64,000 nt of DNA, from positions 224,001-288,000 of the forward strand of contig CAVPHD010000009.1 in the NCBI GenBank assembly GCA_963704165.1. The letters run 5' to 3'. Of the stretch, positions 61,799 to 64,000 are shown in pieces. Each line of letters opens with the position of its first letter. Position 1 is the first letter of the stretch. This stretch comes from an uncultured delta proteobacterium (lineage in GTDB: Bacteria > Myxococcota_A > UBA9160 > SZUA-336). Both the position numbers and the translations under genes were made by a program. Under the pieces are notes generated by a model. It saw only the letters and a program-made list of their open reading frames with translations. It ran no database searches and was not told the DNA's origin.

Positions 61799-62718
61799 TT
61801 CGCGGCGGCCATGGCCTCCGATTCGATCCATTCCGCGATCCGATCGGGAATCTCCATCGGCAGGAAATGCGTTCGGTCCGCCAGGTGGATCTCGCGACCG
61901 AACCGGAACTCGCCCGCGAGCCCGGGCCACGTCGGAGACGACGAGAAGTCCATCGTGTCTCGCCGTTCCGGCGGTCGTCGGGCGCGCAGCACCAGCACCG
62001 GAATCTCGAGCGCGCGAATGGCCTCGTGCACGCGCGCGTTCGTGCGGCTCGTCATGTAGATGCTCGCCTCGATCTCGGGCGGGCAGGCGAGCCGAAATCC
62101 TTCGCCATCGTCCTCGGGCAGGAGACCGTACGTGCAGTAGTCGCGAAGCGCCTCGGGATGGAAGACCGAGTACGGCGCGCGGTCGCGGAAGCGCTCGATC
62201 ATCTCCTCCGGGCTCGCGAAGTGGCGCTTTCGCTTGACCGTCGGATGCGGCTCGCCGTCCGGGCTCGTGATCGTCCAGCCGCCCGCGCCGTACTCGTCGG
62301 GCGAGGCGATCACGGGATCGATCAGCACGAGACTCCGGAAGCGATCGGGGCACGCGGCGGCCGCCTCGACCATCGCGTGGCCACCCATCGAATGACCGAC
62401 GCCCTGAAGGTCCCACAGATCGAGCACGCGGACGAACTCCGCCAGATCCTCGCCGAACACTTTCCAGTGTCGGATCTCGGTGGCCTCGCTGCGGCCGTGG
62501 CCACGCTGATCGACCGAGATCACGTGGCGCGGGCCGAGCCGGCGGATCACCGCATCCCAGCAGCGCGCGTGAAAACCCGTCGCGTGCGCGAGCAGGAGCG
62601 TCGGAAGGCGCCCGCGTTCCTTTCGTCCCCACTCGAAATGGCAGAGCTCGATCCCGTTCACGCGCACACGATGCTCGGTAGGTCGCTCGGCCGCGCTCGA
62701 AGGATCGTCTGGGGTCAT
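61795..62718 (-). CDS. Alpha/beta hydrolase
   Basis: HATGFH, DQRGHGRS, GHSMGG nucleophile elbow, THFLPME. Confidence 0.92.
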   Translation of the reverse strand: MTPDDPSSAAERPTEHRVRVNGIELCHFEWGRKERGRLPTLLLAHATGFHARCWDAVIRRLGPRHVISVDQRGHGRSEATEIRHWKVFGEDLAEFVRVLDLWDLQGVGHSMGGHAMVEAAAACPDRFRSLVLIDPVIASPDEYGAGGWTITSPDGEPHPTVKRKRHFASPEEMIERFRDRAPYSVFHPEALRDYCTYGLLPEDDGEGFRLACPPEIEASIYMTSRTNARVHEAIRALEIPVLVLRARRPPERRDTMDFSSSPTWPGLAGEFRFGREIHLADRTHFLPMEIPDRIAEWIESEAMAAAN

Positions 62719-62737
62719 CGAAAGCTCCAGCGGCAGT

Positions 62738-63157
62738 TCAGCGGGTCGGGGGCGCCGAGGCGCCGGCAAGGCGCAAGACGGTCTCGACGATGAGCTCGGG
62801 ATCCGCGGCCGGACCGAACGCGGCCGCGACGCCGCGGGCCTGCACCGCGCGCGCGTCGGCGGGAGTGATGACCGATCCCCCGAGGACGATCGGCACGTCG
62901 AGGTTCAGGTCTCGAAGCCGGTCGCGAAGCTCGTCGAGATACTCGAGATACTCCCACGAGTGACACGAAAGGCCGATCACGTCGACGCCCTCCTGCAGGG
63001 CGGCTGCGGCGATGCCCTCGGGCAGGTTGAAACGGCCGAGGTAGACGACCTCCATCCCCGCGTCGCGAAGCAGGCGCGCGACCGCGATGGCGCCGGCCTC
63101 GTGCTGGTCCATTCCGAGCATGCCGAGCAGCACGCGTTTGGAGGCGGATGCCGTCAC
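62738..63157 (-). CDS. Cobalamin-binding small subunit of an acyl-CoA mutase
   Basis: DQHEAG (DxHxxG), LRDAGMEVVYLG, VIGLS, VLGG. Confidence 0.9.
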   Translation of the reverse strand: MTASASKRVLLGMLGMDQHEAGAIAVARLLRDAGMEVVYLGRFNLPEGIAAAALQEGVDVIGLSCHSWEYLEYLDELRDRLRDLNLDVPIVLGGSVITPADARAVQARGVAAAFGPAADPELIVETVLRLAGASAPPTR

Positions 63158-64000
63158 CCGCGCGACCCGCTGCCGGGAGTGAACGGGTCGGCCGGACGTC
63201 CGTAGGCGACGCGAAGCGATGCGGCAATCTCGCCCAGGGTCGCGCCCGCCTCGAGCGCATCGACCAGGCCCGGCATCAGGTTCTCGTCGCGAAGCGCGGC
63301 CAGCGCGCCGAGCGCCGCCAGACTCTCGCTCGACCTCGCGGCATCGCGCGTGCTCTTGTGGTGACGGATCTCGTCGATGCGCCCGCGGAAGGGTTCGAGC
63401 TTTCCCTCGACCACGTCGCGAAGCAACACGTCCTCTTCCTCGGGGATCTGAAAGCAGTTGACGCCCACTCGAGCGACGTTGCCGTCCGAGACCCCGCGCG
63501 CCTCGCGCTCCATCGCGTCGCGGAAGACACCGCGGAACCAGCCGCCGTCCACCAACGCCGCCGGGTCGCCCATCGCCTCGATCTGCGCCACGCGCGCCTC
63601 GATGCGTCGCTCGATCTCGTCGGTGAGCGACTCGACGAAGTACGACCCGCCGAGCGGATCCTGAACACGCCCGGCGCGCGCCTCGAGATCGACGATCTGC
63701 TGCGTGCGCAGGGCGACCGCGTGCGCTTCCGGACTCGGCGTGCGGAAAGCTTCGTCGAACGCCGAGACCTCGATCGCCTGGACGCCGGAGAGCGCAAGCG
63801 CGAAGGCCTGGATCGCGCCGCGCACGATGTTGTTCACCGGCTGCTGCGCGGTGAGCGACATCCCCGAGGTATGGACCGTCACGTTCACCGCGAGCGAGCG
63901 CGGATCGCGCGCGCCGAACTCGTCGCGCATCATTCGGGCGTAGAGTCGGCGCGTGGCGCGGATCTTGGCGATCTCCTCGAAGACGTCCATTCGGCAGTTC
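63154..64000 (-). CDS. Methylmalonyl-CoA mutase-family large subunit, C-terminal part (5' end outside the window)
   Basis: FEEIAKIRATRRLY, SLTAQQPVNNIVR, ALRTQQI, DPLGGSYFVESLT, VGVNCF, ATLGEI. Confidence 0.9.
   Translation of the reverse strand, partial: NCRMDVFEEIAKIRATRRLYARMMRDEFGARDPRSLAVNVTVHTSGMSLTAQQPVNNIVRGAIQAFALALSGVQAIEVSAFDEAFRTPSPEAHAVALRTQQIVDLEARAGRVQDPLGGSYFVESLTDEIERRIEARVAQIEAMGDPAALVDGGWFRGVFRDAMEREARGVSDGNVARVGVNCFQIPEEEDVLLRDVVEGKLEPFRGRIDEIRHHKSTRDAARSSESLAALGALAALRDENLMPGLVDALEAGATLGEIAASLRVAYGRPADPFTPGSGSRG

Overview
GC-rich (roughly 68-70% by eye), gene-dense core-chromosome window, most likely from a Myxococcota-like ('deltaproteobacterial') bacterium, judged by gene order. 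It is mostly minus-strand housekeeping operons: secF-secD-yajC-spoIID, ahcY-metK, a PTS/rpoN/lptCAB cluster, greB, pyrG-kdsB, rpsI-rplM-truA-usg-leuB-leuA-pssA-ilvC-tsaB-rseP-dxr-uppS-frr-pyrH-tsf-rpsB, argJ-secA-M23-FHA-recN-nadK, rarA and degP. Two accessory blocks lie at about 14.9-27.9 kb and 57.3-64 kb: acyl-CoA catabolism, a tandem-PilZ protein, a membrane-fused spermidine-synthase-like protein, an APH kinase and a divergent B12 mutase. There are two tRNAs, Arg-CCG and Val-CAC. I saw no CRISPR array, integrase, transposase or rRNA. At least ten genes, including essential ones, carry single-base frameshifts, which points to long-read indel errors; the 1109-aa LptC-LptA-LptB-RpoN ORF is such an artefact. 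The most interesting signals are regulatory: four copies of a sigma28-like YCAA(N)-N14/15-GCCGAW promoter before non-flagellar genes, many apparently leaderless genes, a secA that appears to start at ATT, a rod-shaped candidate ncRNA near 14.2 kb and a structured ilvC leader. A divergent KdsB lacks kdsA/kdsD at their usual position. I found no clearly novel multi-gene system, and all calls are by eye without database searches.
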